Below are positions 1 to 19,320 of a stretch of DNA of 64,000 bases, piece by piece. A program made the position numbers and the translations under genes. The notes beneath the pieces were generated by a model that was given only the letters and a program-made list of their open reading frames with translations, did no database searches and was not told the DNA's origin. Each line of letters starts with the position of its first letter. Positions within the stretch are counted from its first letter, which is position 1. The stretch lies in the NCBI RefSeq assembly GCF_009914755.1, contig NC_060947.1. One strand, 5' to 3'. This DNA is from the human T2T-CHM13v2.0 reference genome, Homo sapiens.

Positions 1-533
1 CAATCTCAGCTCACCACAATCTTCACCTCCTGGGTTCAAGCGATTCTCCTGCCTCAGCCTCCCGAGTAGCTGGGATTACAGGCATGTGCCACCACGTCTG
101 GCTAATTTTGTATTTTTAGTAGAGACAGGGTTTCTCCATGTTGGTCAGGCTGGTCTCAAACTCCCAAACTCAGGTGATCCGCCCACCTCGGCCTCCCAAA
201 GCGCTGGAATAACAGGCGTGAGCCACCGCACCCGGCACCCCCCCCTTTTTTTTTCTTTTGACACACAGTCTCACTCTGGCACCCAGGCTAGAGCACAGTG
301 GTGTGACCTTGGCTCACTGCAACCTCTGCCTCCCAGGTTCAAGATTCTTGTGCCTCAGCCACCCAAGTAGCTGGGATTACAGGAATGCACCACCATGCCC
401 AGCTAATTTTTGTATTTTTAGTAGAGACAGGGTTTCGCCATGTTGGCCAGGCTGGTCTTGAACTCCTGACCTCAAGTGATCCGCCCGCCTCGGCTTCCCA
501 AAGTGCTGGGATTACAGACCCACTGTGCCCAGC
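1..533 (-). mobile_element. Two tandem antisense Alus (1-236 truncated by the window edge; ~245-533)
   Basis: Alu consensus motifs and poly-T. Confidence 0.9.
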
Positions 534-3500
534 CAACATGTGGCTCTTGACAAACGAAAGGTTTGTCATAGTGAAGTTTGCTTGTCAAGGACTTCTGGCT
601 CCCAATAAATTCCCAACATAAGAAAACAGATATTCCAAGGTGCTAGGGAAAGGGTATAGCAATGCCTCATATAGCCCACCTTTACGCTACCCCAAGGCAG
701 CTGTTAAACCATTTCTTCTCCATTAACAGAAAGAGGTGGTTGGAATTTAAAGATTTTAATGGCATAGTTAGGATTCCCAGCATGCATGAGTTCCTTACAA
801 TACTTTATATTAAAATCCGTTTCCTGTGAAACAGCATGTTTTAAAAACAGATTGTCATGAACACAGTTTTCCCCAAAGCAGTATTACTACTATACTTATT
901 TCCTTCATAAAGGGCCCCTGGAAGCCATAAAATATAAGAACAATGGAACAAAAACTTAGTCTGCTTTGAATGAGTTTTATATTTCATAGTAAACAGTAGA
1001 ATACCACCCAGGCAGGGTGGTAAAAGCACACGGTAGTCTGTAGTACTATTAATTCCATTCGTGTCTGGCACCACACCATCCACACTGCAGTGCACCGTGA
1101 TCTGGTTAAAAGCACCTTTTAACCAACGTTTATCCCACCCCAAGGGAAGGTGTACTCAAATGTGGTTCATTAACAATAATTTACCCTAAAAAATATCTCA
1201 AGGTATGGAGTTGAAGTCAAACAATCACAGGGGTGAATGGTTTTCTAAAATGTTTAAAAGAACAGTTCAAAAGAAAGCAAAATAGAATCTTTTGTTAATT
1301 TCAGTTCACTTTTGCTTGAAGTGTAACAAAGCGGGGAAAGTGGCATTTTGATAGCAGTTGAGTTTATAAAGCACCACCTCAACTGTCCCTCACAGCGGCC
1401 CTAAGGAGGAGAATCAGCAAGTTTAGGAGTAGTGACTTGGACAAAATTACTCAATAAGCAGCAGACGCAGAAGTAAAATCCATAGCATCTACCCTACTTG
1501 TCAATAGTGTCCCCACAGAAGTAAAATATTTTTGCACCACATGGTGCAAGAATGGCCCCTGGCAACATCAACCATGCAACTCAAAGTCAAAAAGCAAAGT
1601 GATTCCAAGTTTGAAACAAAGCGATTCCAAGTTTCAAGCAGTGCTGGAAACAGAATGTCGGATTTGTGCAAGGGAAAAGAGTACCTTGCTCTCCAAGTCC
1701 AAGAGAGAGCAGAGCCACGCAACGTAAGAGAAGCATGCCTGGGAGAGTGAAATGCACCCTCTGTGAACAATGGAGGGAGCCACTCTCACCTGCAATTCAC
1801 CTAATAATTCACCTCCGATTCGCCACCTTGTCACCTCCGATTCACCTTGTTCACCTAACGAGTCCGTGAACAACCATTCTAATAGGATATAGATCCCTAT
1901 TCCCCTCTCACTAAGCAGGTCAGGAATGTGTATCAAGACACAACAGGCAAAACCCTCTGGGGAGTTCAGGGAACTGCAAGCTGTTCCATATGGATTTGTG
2001 TGCATTTTATCCTATAAACCAAGGGAAGCCATCGGGGGGGGGGTTTAAGTTCCAAAATAATGTGGGGAGATCATTCCAACCGCAGAAGACGGATTGGGAG
2101 GAAGCAAGCTGGAGGCAGAGAAACCAAGTAGGAGGCTTTGCAGTAGGCAAGAGATAGATACTGGAACTAAAGGAAAAGTAATAATAATAGCATCATCATA
2201 ATAATTCCCATTTAAGTTCCTACCATAGACCAGGCACTACGCTCAGTGCTTTACATTTAGTGTGAAACTTAATCTTCATTTCTGCCATGTCAAGTGGGGA
2301 CTATTACCATCCCCTTTTTATAAAGAAAGCAATGCACAGAAGAGCAAGGTCACAGCCAGCTGGGAAGTAAAAGAGCCAGTTTGAACTCGGTTGACAGCTA
2401 GAGTCCTGACTCCGGGCCATACTCCCTTGCAGCATGGCAGAAAATAGACAAAAGATGGAGTGAATTCCAACAACAGGAATTGCCAGCACCTGCTGACTAT
2501 GAGCAATGGGGATGAGGGAGGAGGAATCTGAGCTTCCCCAGGGGAGTCCAGCCAGGTCACACTGTGTGGGTGATGGTACCACTTGCAGGAAGATATTAAT
2601 CTTAATGTTAGTTAATCCTGGCAACCTGGGAGCATTCCCTGGGTACAACCACGAAAGAGAGAACAAGCTCTAATGCCAGCATTTCCCACACTGCTGGGAC
2701 TGTGCGCTTGCAGGTCTGTGCCCTTTCCTGGATGGGAAGGTCTGTAGCTGAAGACCCCTAGAAGAAAGTCTATGGATGCAGGGGACGGGGGTAGCATTGG
2801 GGGTATGAATGTAAGGAAACTACAAAGTGGTATGTTTGGGCAGTTTTCCAGGAAGTGGGCCCACAGCTTTGATCACAATCTTGGAAGTCTGTCACCTCCC
2901 AAAATTTAGAGAACAGTTATACTACCTGATGAGTCCCCAGGTCAGGGAACATGTTCTTATTTAAGCACTTATTCAAGCACCCAGCACAGTGGCTGGGATA
3001 GAATAAGCTTTAACATAGGGGGTGTGTTGAGTGAATGGTGAAGTGTGCAGCCATTAAAAATGAACTTCATGCAACTTGGAAAAATGCATATGAAGTGTTA
3101 AGTTCAAAATACAAACTTCTGTAATTAATAAAGAATTTATGGTGCTATTCTGAAAACATATGAATATTCTGTTTCTTACAAATTTCACCCAGTGGCTTTA
3201 GCATCCACTGATGATCCTTATTTGAATCCATTATTACATCAGAGATGACATCTACATTTTTAATTGGCTTTTCTTTTTTCTTTGCTTTTGTATTTTCTTA
3301 GTATTATTATGGACTCATGGAATTTCAGAAAATGAAATGTGTTATAATCTAATACTGTCATTGTTCTTTTTGATGTTCAAATTGTCCAAAATAAGGCCAG
3401 TGGGTGCCCTTTCAAGCTGGCTTCTTTGACCTTGGAAAACTCATACCCCTTTCATTTTCAGCTGTTCCTTGCTTTAAATACAGCAATATGTTCCAGGCTC

Positions 3501-3592
3501 ATCTTGTACTTTTCCTGCCCCAGTCCTGGAATCAACCATTACTTCCAGGAGCCCTAGTTCATTTCAAATTTTTGGTATTTAAAAACCAAAAT

Positions 3593-3877
3593 GGCCTGGC
3601 GCGGTGGCTCACACCTGTAATCCCAGCACTTCGGGAGGCCGAGGCGGGTGGATCACGAGGTCAGGAGTTCAAGACCAGCCTGGCCAAGATGGTGAAACCC
3701 CATCTCTACTAAAAATACAAAAAAATTAGCCGGGCATGGTGGCGGGCACCTGTAATCCCAGCCACTCGGGAGGCTGAGGCAGAGAATTGCTTGAACCCGG
3801 GAGGCAGAGATTGCAGTGAGCCGAGATCATGACACTGCACTCCAGCCTGGGCAACAGAGTGAGACTTGTCTCAAAAA

Positions 3878-3924
<47 letters not shown>

Positions 3925-3925
3925 A
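3593..3925 (+). mobile_element. AluS with (TAAA)n tail
   Basis: Full dimer; TSD AAAACCAAAATGG on both sides; tetranucleotide repeat ~3875-3925. Confidence 0.92.
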
Positions 3926-5435
3926 ACCAAAATGGAGAAAAATGTTCCTTTGCAAAGGAGATCTCCAGACCGTCACTGTATCACTCTTTCATCTTTTCTG
4001 TAGGTTTGCAAGTTTTCAAAATAAAAGAGTGTGGGTGTGTGTGTATATATATCTATATAGATAGATAGATACACTCACTATTATTATTACAGCCACAGAA
4101 AGAATCATATACAGGTATAGGCTCATAGGAAATATTTGAAAATGAGCACAGTAATTATGTTAGGCTGGTGGGTTTGTGGGTGCTTTTTTTTTCTCTCTCT
4201 CTCTTTTCTAAATTTTCTGTAATGCTACATGTAGAAGTTAACAGAAAACAAAACCATCCCAGGCTAGAAGTCAGCATGTTACTTAGCAGGAAAAAACCCC
4301 GATATATTGTCACAGAAGAGAGACCAGAGACAATGGTGAATGAAATGGGTTCCTTCTCACCCTGACTGTTGCCAGGACTCAACAAATATAGAGGGAAGGG
4401 CTAAGCACAGAGGAGAGAATGGACTTAGATCCTAGGGGCACACAAAGGAAAGAGGAAACGGAAGGAACTGGCTTCAGGTGTGTACTTCCTTTAAAGACTC
4501 TCTTATTACAAAGTAGTTTCGGCTTTTGGGTTTGGTCTGAAACAGTCAAGCAAATACAGTGAATCACTGAGTACCTTTCCCTCCTGTTGTTTTTGTACCA
4601 CGCTGCTTCCTGTTTTGCCACAAAAAGATGATTTATCTGCACAAGAGACAGTAATTGCTGGATGGAGACATGGAATCCAAAGTTCCAAAACTAGAATAAA
4701 ATGCTACTCAAATGACTCAAGATTCTGGTTTTATACTTAAAAATATGTTTCCCAAAAAGCTGCATTTCTGTGAACTGCAAACTGAACCCCATCTAAGTTT
4801 TTGCTTTCTGATATACATCAAGCACTGTCCAAGGAAGAGAGTTTTACTCTGATCTGACAAATAAAAACTGGAAGTTGTGCCTAAACTTGGTGTGTAGTGA
4901 TTGCTCCCAAGAGCCTTGCAGGCAGCCACAGAGACACACATGCTAGAAAACAATCTATGAACTTTAGACTCTGATCCTTCTCTCCTTACTTAAAAATGGA
5001 ATTCTAGGCCTCAGGCCAGGCACATTGGCCCATGCCTGTAATCTCAGCACTTTGGGAGGCCAAGGTGGGCGGATTGCTTGCGCCCAGGAGCTTGAGACCA
5101 GCCTGAGAAACAAAAAAAAAAAAAAAGGAATTCCAGAAAGAGATTAGATGCTCTGTTTCTAGATTTAAACAAGCAAACAAACAAAGAAAACTTGCAATTA
5201 CAAGCACCTTCATATTCTCCTGAAATGTATTTCTTATAATTACATGAAGCAGTCTCATTCTTTTACATTATGTGTCAGCAAGACCATGCAAATTTGTGGT
5301 TGCCTTTTATACGTGAGACAAATTGTTTAGACACCAGAGGAGAGAGATCAGCAAAGAATTGCAATGATTTATTTAATGGACCATTATTTCCCATTTGATT
5401 TTTTTATTTTCAAAATGGTTTGTTAGTTAGACTCG

Positions 5436-6294
<859 letters not shown>

Positions 6295-7235
6295 AGACTC
6301 TTATTTTGATTTTGCATGTATTTTTAAATAGCTCATAAAAACCTAAAAAATACTGTCCTGAAGCTATTGTGCCCTTGAACTGCCCACTACAAGCCTAAAA
6401 CCAGGTGAAATTGGTCTTCCTAACTGCTGCCATTCTGTAGATAATGAAGTAGCTGAGAATTTAGCTCACTAGCTGTAAATCCCAAAATAATAGTCTTACT
6501 GCAACTTCCCAGGCCCTAAAAGATAAATATTCTCCGCTAGGCAGAATGCGGAGGTTACACCTCAGGTACGCTTAACTCAAAGGCAAGGATTTTTACACTC
6601 CATGCTTTAAAGACATTGGCCGTACACGTGCCATACAATTGAATATCATCAGCGCCAACTTCTGGGAAAGGAAGTCATTATTCTAGTGTTCATATTCCTT
6701 GTCACATTGTTTAGGGTTGATTACAAGCAGTAATCTTGTTTGTCAGAAATACAGCCCCAACTCAGCTCACATTAGAGCCTGGCATCAGAGTAGTCATTTG
6801 CTTTTCAAAGCTCACTAATCTCATGGAGCTGGGCAGAGAGGAGTTGAAGTGCAAGGTTCCTCTGGAATCCTGGTGTCTGTCACTGGATTAATTCATAGTC
6901 ACCACCCTCTGTCAGAAAACTCTCTGAAATGTGTCAAGATTTGACTCCCCTGCTACCTGCATTCATTACTTTAATGGGTAATAAACAACCCCTGTGTGTA
7001 AGGGAGCCAGGGAGATAAAGATAAATAAGATGCTGGCTGTCCTTAAGGAATGTACCAATTTGTGGTTGATACACGTAGGAATTCCCTCAGTGTCATGGAA
7101 GCCTACTAGTCAGCTATAATTCCAATGCCAGCATCAGAGCTTGGTTAAGAGGTCTTTCCTTCTCTCTGAGACATACTATATCTCACTCAGGAGTCACTAG
7201 CAATCAGTCAGTTTTTTCAGAAACTACTAGGAAGC

Positions 7236-7520
7236 CTTTTTTTTTTTTGAGACAGGGTCTCCCTCTGTCGCCCAAGCTGGAGTGCAGTGGTGCAATCTCA
7301 GCTCACTGCAACCTCTGCCTCCCGGGTTCAAACGCTCCTCCTGCCTCAGCCTCCCTAGCAGCAGCGTGTGCCACCACGTCTGGCTAATTTTTGTACATTT
7401 AGTAGATACGGGGTTTCACCATGTTCGCCAGGCTGGTCTCGAACTCCTGACCTCAGGTGATCTGCCCACCTCGGCCTCCCAAAATGCTGGGATTACAGGC
7501 GTGAGCCACCACACCCCGCT
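7236..7520 (-). mobile_element. Alu
   Basis: Alu consensus; flanking GGAAGC repeat. Confidence 0.9.
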
Positions 7521-8397
7521 GGAAGCTCTACCCAGAGACCACCACCCGCCATGCGGGAATTGGCAGGCCATACAACACACAGGTGGGCAGTCCACACGAG
7601 CCAGACAGGATTTGTATATTAGTTGGTATTTGCAAACAGCCAGATAGTTATAAGTGAGTTATTTCTCCCAGCCATCTAACTTGTCCCACTATCACCTTCC
7701 TTTCAGTGTGAGAATCTAAAATAACGGGAATTGTAAAACGGCTGCAAAGGGTCACAGCCCACATCTGACATGGGACCACATTAGGATGTCCAATCAGTGG
7801 CATAAGCTGTGCAGTCTCAGAACACAGGAAGCTCTTCTTCAGATGAAATCTCTCTTGCAGAACCATGGCACATGAGCCAGATAAAGTGGAGCTGCTCAGC
7901 TGAAGCAGGAAGGAGCCCAGAGCCCCCATGGCCTGCTCCCGCAGCAGCCCAGACTCCAGCTCCGAGAGCACAGTTTGAAAGTCAGTGCACTGAAAGGGGT
8001 GAACATCAATACAGTAAGATGCCCAAAGTGCAAATTATGTGAAGCTGTTCCCATATGAACACATGGTGAAAGGAAATGCTAGAGAGCTGTGAGCTTCTCC
8101 TAGCAGGTAATGACACAAATAAGTAGGGTTGTGTAACAAGCACACACGTGCACACCACACACAGATCCTGCCAGCCCTCAACAGCAACACTGCGAGGGTT
8201 GTTTGCCAGAATGAGGGTTGGCAGTGGTAATCTTCTGAACAACATATATCTGGTTATTGTGGTAATAACCCCTACCAAAGTCTATGATATTCTGGATGGT
8301 TGCTTCTGCTTTTCAAGTTATTAGGTACGATATCCTTGGATGAGAAGAAAGAAAAATAAACTCTCCCCAAACTAGTATTGAAATGTAATGAAATTTT

Positions 8398-9085
<688 letters not shown>

Positions 9086-10009
9086 AGTTTGCCTGGAGGA
9101 ATAGCAAAACACACTAAACATGTTAATAATGGTGGGAGTAGGATCGATAAGGTCCTGATTTATAATAATGCTATGAAAATGAAAAGGATGGCAAAGGTTC
9201 AGGTGTAAGAGATAAAATCATCAATGGAACAAAATAGAAATCCCTGAAACAAAGTCAAATTACTCAACTCGTTGACAATTTGGCAGGGAAGTAGGGAGCC
9301 AAATCCCAACCTCACAGGTTTCACTGAAAATAAAATCCATATAGATTATAGATTTAAACTATGAAATTGAAACCATAAAAATGCTAGAGGAAAACACAGG
9401 GGTTATTATTTATATAATCTTTCCATAAGGAAAGATGTTAGGCATGAGAGTAAAGGCAGAAGCCACAAAAGTAAAATATTTGACTACATACATTTTTAAA
9501 AAACATAAAAAAGGACTAAACTCTTTAGGGAGAACAAAACTACCATTAACAATTTAGAAGGAAAGCAAAATCACTTTGAAAAATATTTGCAGCCTAACAA
9601 AGGATTAATGACCTTTATACATAAAGAGCTTACCAATCAGTAAGGAAAATAATACAATACCAAAATGAAGAAAAGATATGAACAAACTATTCATAAAACA
9701 AACAGCCAATAAACATATAAAAATTCATATATATTAATCAAAGAATCAACAAAAGACAATCTTTTCACTTATCAAAATGAAAAAAATTTCTAAAATAATA
9801 CCCAGTGTCATCACGATTTGGAAAGCTGACACATTACTACCGTAGGTGTGATTAAATCATTTTCACAAAGAGAAGAAAATTATGTTTAAGAGAAAAAAAC
9901 TGATTCTTCACATTTAAAAATTCTATAGTGGTATTAATTTTTGTAAGAAACCCTAAGATATTAATAACTATGCATCTTGGTTTATTGCTAAGAGCAGTAA
10001 GCTGGTTAC

Positions 10010-10154
10010 CTGGAAGACAGTTTGCAACCCTGTTGCAAGTAGGCATTCAGGTTCCCAGTTGCTGCAAGTAACAGCCCCAGATACGGAGGGGAAGGCTTCA
10101 TCGGCCTAGAAGAAAACTCAGGATGGAACTGGACACCAACAAAATAAGGATGAT
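10010..10154 (-). CDS. CTPS2: CTP synthase 2, internal coding exon (145 nt; probably exon 17) carrying the catalytic His/Glu of the class I glutamine amidotransferase triad
   Basis: (N)[47 protein letters not shown] contains QFHPEF. Acceptor atttcag|AT, donor CCAG|gtaacc. The next exon lies outside the window to the left. Confidence 0.97.
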
Positions 10155-10987
10155 CTGAAATGAGAACAATCACGATGCGATTAAAGCAGACAAACAGGAG
10201 AACTGCTTTAAAGATCTTCTTATCTTTGAATATGAAAACTCATTAAATGGTAAGATGATTCTTTAACCTGTTATCATTACAGCCAGTTACTTTCACTATC
10301 CATCCATTCCTTCGTGGAATTTCAAATTGTAAAACACATCTTGGAAATTTTATGTGCGGAAGGTGTCAGAGTGAGCAAAGTCAAGCAAAAATTTTTGAAT
10401 GGCAAGAAGAATTCCACTTTCCCCAAATCTGCCTGCTTTTTGAAGGCACTTTGTAGATTTATGTTGGTTCAATTTCCCTTGGACTTTAGGCTAACCCTGG
10501 GTCTTTCTTTCTTTAGGTGGCTTCAGGCCATTTCCTGCAAGGTCTTCTCCTTTCCCAGGGTAAGTGTCCCCTGGGATAAACCAGCACAATATCAACCCAT
10601 TGGGCTACCCTTGGGAACCCAACGAGGACAATTGCTTTTCTAGTCACAGCTTTAAGTTGGGTATTACTCATAGCACCACAAAACTGAGCATTTTTTGAAC
10701 AAAGTGATTCAGAGCAATGATCCATTCATTCAAATATCCTGTCCCTGGCTATGACTCAAACTAAAGATAATAAAATATAATAAGTTTAAGAGGGGGAAGT
10801 AAATATAACTTTAAAGCTTTCAATGAGGTGCTTTATCAAATGATCTAAAATCTAGTATGGAATTCAAAATCACAAATTCCCATCACTTACCAGCAAAGAT
10901 CCAAAGCTACTACTACAGTAATAAGGAAATGATGATTGAATGCAAATGTCTACTTTCTTAAGGTAATCATTTAAAGCCCTGCTAGAA

Positions 10988-12148
<1,161 letters not shown>

Positions 12149-12172
<24 letters not shown>

Positions 12173-12231
12173 GATCCCAGAAAAATCCAGTGAGTTCTAT
12201 AGGACAGCTCTGATCCCAGAAAAATCCAGTG
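12149..12231. repeat. Perfect 39-bp tandem duplication
   Basis: CAGTGAGTTCTATAGGACAGCTCTGATCCCAGAAAAATC x2 plus CAGTG. Confidence 0.95.
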
Positions 12232-14070
12232 TAGAAATCCTCTACATCTAAGAAGAAACCTCCTTGAATTAGAGGAATATGCAGGTAAGAAAGCCTGATA
12301 AGGGGAATGCCACCTTCTCCCAGGAATGTATTCCCTCAAGAAACGCAGAGAAATCATCCGCACTTAGAGAAGAAATTAAGCAATGTAGCTTAAAATTTAA
12401 GAGACAATAAATCTTACTGCATAACATCTAGGGACATCTTTGAAAAAAAAGCAGACAGTAACTGTGCTTTTGTATCACTACAGACAGATGCTGAGCAATG
12501 TAATCATGTAATAGCCAGGGACAGACTATGTGAATGAATGGATCATTGCTCTGAATCACTTTATCCAAAAAATCCTCTATGCCAATATGAGGAGAAAGTA
12601 AAAAGTTTTTATTTTGATGATGTTCTATCAGTTAGATAAAATTATCTTTAAAATAATGCTGTTGATTGCTTTAAACCAAATTCTGACATTATATAATATT
12701 AATCTCAAGCTTTGTTGTTCCTCTCAGAACCCTTCAGGAACAGTGGAGATTCGTGGATATGTTTCCAAGGGGTATCTAAGATCAAAATCTTCTGGGGAAT
12801 TTTCCTTAATAACTGCTTGCAGTCCGCTTTTAAAAACTGCAAGGTTTTATAGCAGCTCTCATTTCCTTTTCAATCCACATGAAATTTGAAAGCCCCAGTG
12901 GGAATCTAAATCCTTATGATGAAAGAACCTTCTAAGTATTTGATGACAATAATGATAACCAGAAGAATTAAAAGTGAATAAGTACTTAAACAAAGTAAAC
13001 AAATAGTAATTTGCTTAAGAAATTTTCTGCCTTCTCACATGCTAGGAAGATTTAAGAGGCTTCAATACCAACAGCGATCCACACTTTAATTCTAAATGAT
13101 GGGCATTTCCATCAGAAAGACTCCTGGAAATGCGTACTTACTATTCTAATTCAAAACTCTAGGCATGAATTGATCATCTTAGGTAGAACGTGAAAACAAG
13201 AGAAACAATGAAATCCCACAGCAGTGGTGGCAGAAGGAGGTAACCAACTGGGTTTGCTCTTGCTGCAAAGGACTAGCTGGATGGCCCTGGGCATGTCATT
13301 TAACCTCTTTGCACTCCGGTGTCCTCTGTAAAGTGGGAATAGCATCATCTGCTTTGTTAGTTACATAAGGTATGCAAAGTCCCTAGCAAGAGGTCTAGTG
13401 ACAAGCATCCAGTAAGTGCACACTGAATGTCCATTGCTTTCCTTCTTTCAGGTCTAGGTAAAATGCTACAACGTTCAAAGGAGCCTTCTTGGACTTCAAT
13501 TCTCCCCTCTGCTCGGGACTCTGGAAGTACTTGAACAGATTAGAGACAAAAAGGAAAAGAGACAGAGAAAAGGCATTTGAAATGGAGAATAGTGATATGA
13601 GCTAAGACGGAGAAAGAAGAGGGAGGTTAGAAGACGCACAGGCAATCCAATTTATCTGGAGCCTAAAGCATATAGGCTGGAAATGCAGGTTCTGGAACAT
13701 CACGGTACCATTTTTACAGTATCCTGCACACCCTTAGTACTCAATATATGAGAGTGGTTTATCCAACAAATTAGTGTCACACACTGCAGAGTTCTGTTCT
13801 TGTTAGGAGGTATTGGAGAAGGGATGGCTTGGAAGCAGGAAGGAGATTGAGGACAAGTGTGAGCTGGAGTTGGCATGCACTGGGACTAGTGTTCTAGGGA
13901 TGGCAGTGCAATTCTAAACACCAGCTTTCTTTCCAGAGGCAGAATCTGCAGGACTTGACAACACACTGCTAGTTGGGATCTGAAGGGGAAGAAGAGCTAA
14001 TATGTGAAATTTCTAGCCTGATAGTCTAGGAGAATGGTTCTCCACCAAATGTGCCCCCCAGGGACTTGCC

Positions 14071-14780
<710 letters not shown>

Positions 14781-14967
14781 CAAGGATATTGATGATATCT
14801 TAACAGAAACAGGAGAATGAACTAATTGGGAGACCATGTAAATTTAGTTTTAAATAAGTTGAGATGGAAGTGGCAACACAACATCCAAATACACAAACAG
14901 GTCAAGGAGGCACGTGAAAATGTTAAATTCAAGTTAGTTAAATGAAGTGTATATGTGTGAGTCTAGC

Positions 14968-16580
<1,613 letters not shown>

Positions 16581-17109
16581 CTAGAACATCAAGACAAAGA
16601 GCTGAGACCAGCTGTGACCATGAGCTTACCATGTCCTTGCAAAGCTGACTGAGAAGAACACTGCCTTCTGTCTCATCAATAGTAAATGTGTAGTTTGTGC
16701 CTATGTGCTCACGGGTGTTCCAGCCTGGTTACTAACAACAACTTCGGTGTTCTTCCTCAATTCTGATGCCTTTATTTCTGTTCTGTTTGCTCTTAAAAAC
16801 AACTCTGGGGGCAGTGATTAGTGTTCAGAAGTTAAATGACTGACCCGTGCTTGACCACCCAGCACAGTGGAGAAAGGCAGGAGAGGAGCCAGGTCCCTCA
16901 AGCAACAGAAATCAACATCAGTCACCAAAAATGAGGTGGCACTTGGCTATTCTTTCTCAAAAGAGGAGAGCAGGCAGGGTGCCACTCAACAGTGCCACTC
17001 TGCCTTTCCCAGAGCACCTAACCTAGAGGCTGGCACAAAGAAGTAGCCTCAGAAAGAGAGGAGTTGGTAAGGAAGCATACTACTTGTAGAACTGGTAGAC
17101 TTGGAATAA

Positions 17110-17601
<492 letters not shown>

Positions 17602-17617
17602 TGAAGAGCCCACTTAC

Positions 17618-17714
17618 TTGCCAGTTCAATGATTTCCATCCTGTCTCCATCAACATCCTGACCTACAAAACTTAAGTCATTCTGCTCAAATTGTTTGATC
17701 AGGTTAGGGTTTAC
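17618..17714 (-). CDS. CTPS2: CTP synthase 2, internal coding exon (97 nt; probably exon 16)
   Basis: VNPNLIKQFEQNDLSFVGQDVDGDRMEIIELA; acceptor ttttgcag|GTA, donor GCAA|gtaagt. Confidence 0.97.
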
Positions 17715-18414
17715 CTGCAAAACAAGAAATTAAGTGTTTATGGGCCACAGTGCAATACCAGCTGCCATACCAGGTCCTTCATCAGTTGGGTGGGTTTTCC
17801 ATTTCAGTGATCCTCTAACTAGTAGTTAATGTCTATATTCAATGCTCAAAGCCAATTTTAAACTAATGATGAACCTCAGATATAAAATGTAACCACAGCA
17901 CCTAAATCTAGGAGGTGCCTTCTATTACCCAAAGGTGAGATTCAAAAAGTAGGCCCTGTAACCCAGACATTCTGACCTGGAACCTTGAGACTAGTTATTT
18001 ATAGCCATTTCCATGTTTGCTTCTTCCCTTGAGTTATGTGTACTTCCCTATCTCTCCCCGAATCACAAATTTGCTTGAAGATTAAAACTATCCTATTTCC
18101 CTTGTGACTAACCCCAATGCTTTCTTTACATGCAGTTACATAAAAGCTCTAAAGAGAAGCTTGGAGCAAGTTTTCTACTAAAATATCCTAATAGATGGCA
18201 ACTTGATGACCTGGCTTGTGGCCCTTTCTGGCCCCCATCTCACCTTAGCCCTTTCCCAAACCTAAGGACTCCTTTTCAGCCTCTCCTTCAGTGAAAGTGC
18301 TTCCCTGTCAAAAGTTAAGGTGGAGTCTCACCTATTCTTTGCAATCTTAACCTCAGAGCTTTTATTCTACATTTTAAAATTATACCAGTTCTCGTATTGT
18401 CATTATTTTTCCTT

Positions 18415-19320
18415 CCTTAACAGCTTTAAGACATAATTCACATACCATACAATTCACCCATTTGAAATACACAAATGATTTTTCGTATATTCAGAGGTGT
18501 ACAACCGTTACCACAACCAACTGAAAAACAAACCCTGTACCCTTTAACCTCATCCCCCAACCCCCCATCACCCTGACCCGATCCCCTGGCAATCACTAAT
18601 CTATATCCCACATCTATAGCTTTGCCTATTCTGGTCATTTTATATTAATAGAATCATGCAATATGTGGGCTTCTGTATCTGGCTTCTTTCACTCAGCATG
18701 ATGTTTTCAAGGTTTATCTATGTTGTAGCATAAATCAGTACTTCATTTCCTTCTATGACTGAATAATACTCCATTGAATGAATACACCACATTTTGCTTA
18801 TCTATTCGCCAGTTGGTAGACATTTGAGTTGTTTCTGCCTTTTTGGCTGTTATGAATATTACTGCTATGATCATTCAGATAAAAGTTTTTGTGTGGACAT
18901 ACATTTTCATTTCTCTTGGGTATATATCTAGGAGTGGAACTGCTGGGTCATATGGTAATTCTTATGTCTAACTTTTTGAAAAACTTCCAGATGGTTTTCC
19001 AAAGGGGCTGCAATATATTCCATTCCAACCAGCAATGCATGAAGGTTCCAGTTACCCCACATCCTCTCCACTACTTGTTATTATTGTCTGTGCTTGATTA
19101 TAGCCAGCTTAGTGGGTGTGAAGTGGTATCTTTTTGTGGTTTCAATACGCATTTCCCTGATCACTAATGATTGTTGGGCATCTTTTCATGTGCTTATTAG
19201 TCATTTGTACATCTTCTTTGAAGAAATATCTATTCATATCATTTGCAATTATTCATTATTGAGTTGTAAGAGCTCTTCATATATTTTAGATACAAGTCCC
19301 TTATCCAATACAGGATTTAA
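18415..19320 (-). mobile_element. Old L1 (L1MB/ME-like) 3' fragment
   Basis: Antisense L1 3' motifs (TGGCTTCTTTCACTCAGCAT; GGAACTGCTGGGTCATATGGTAA). Confidence 0.8.
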
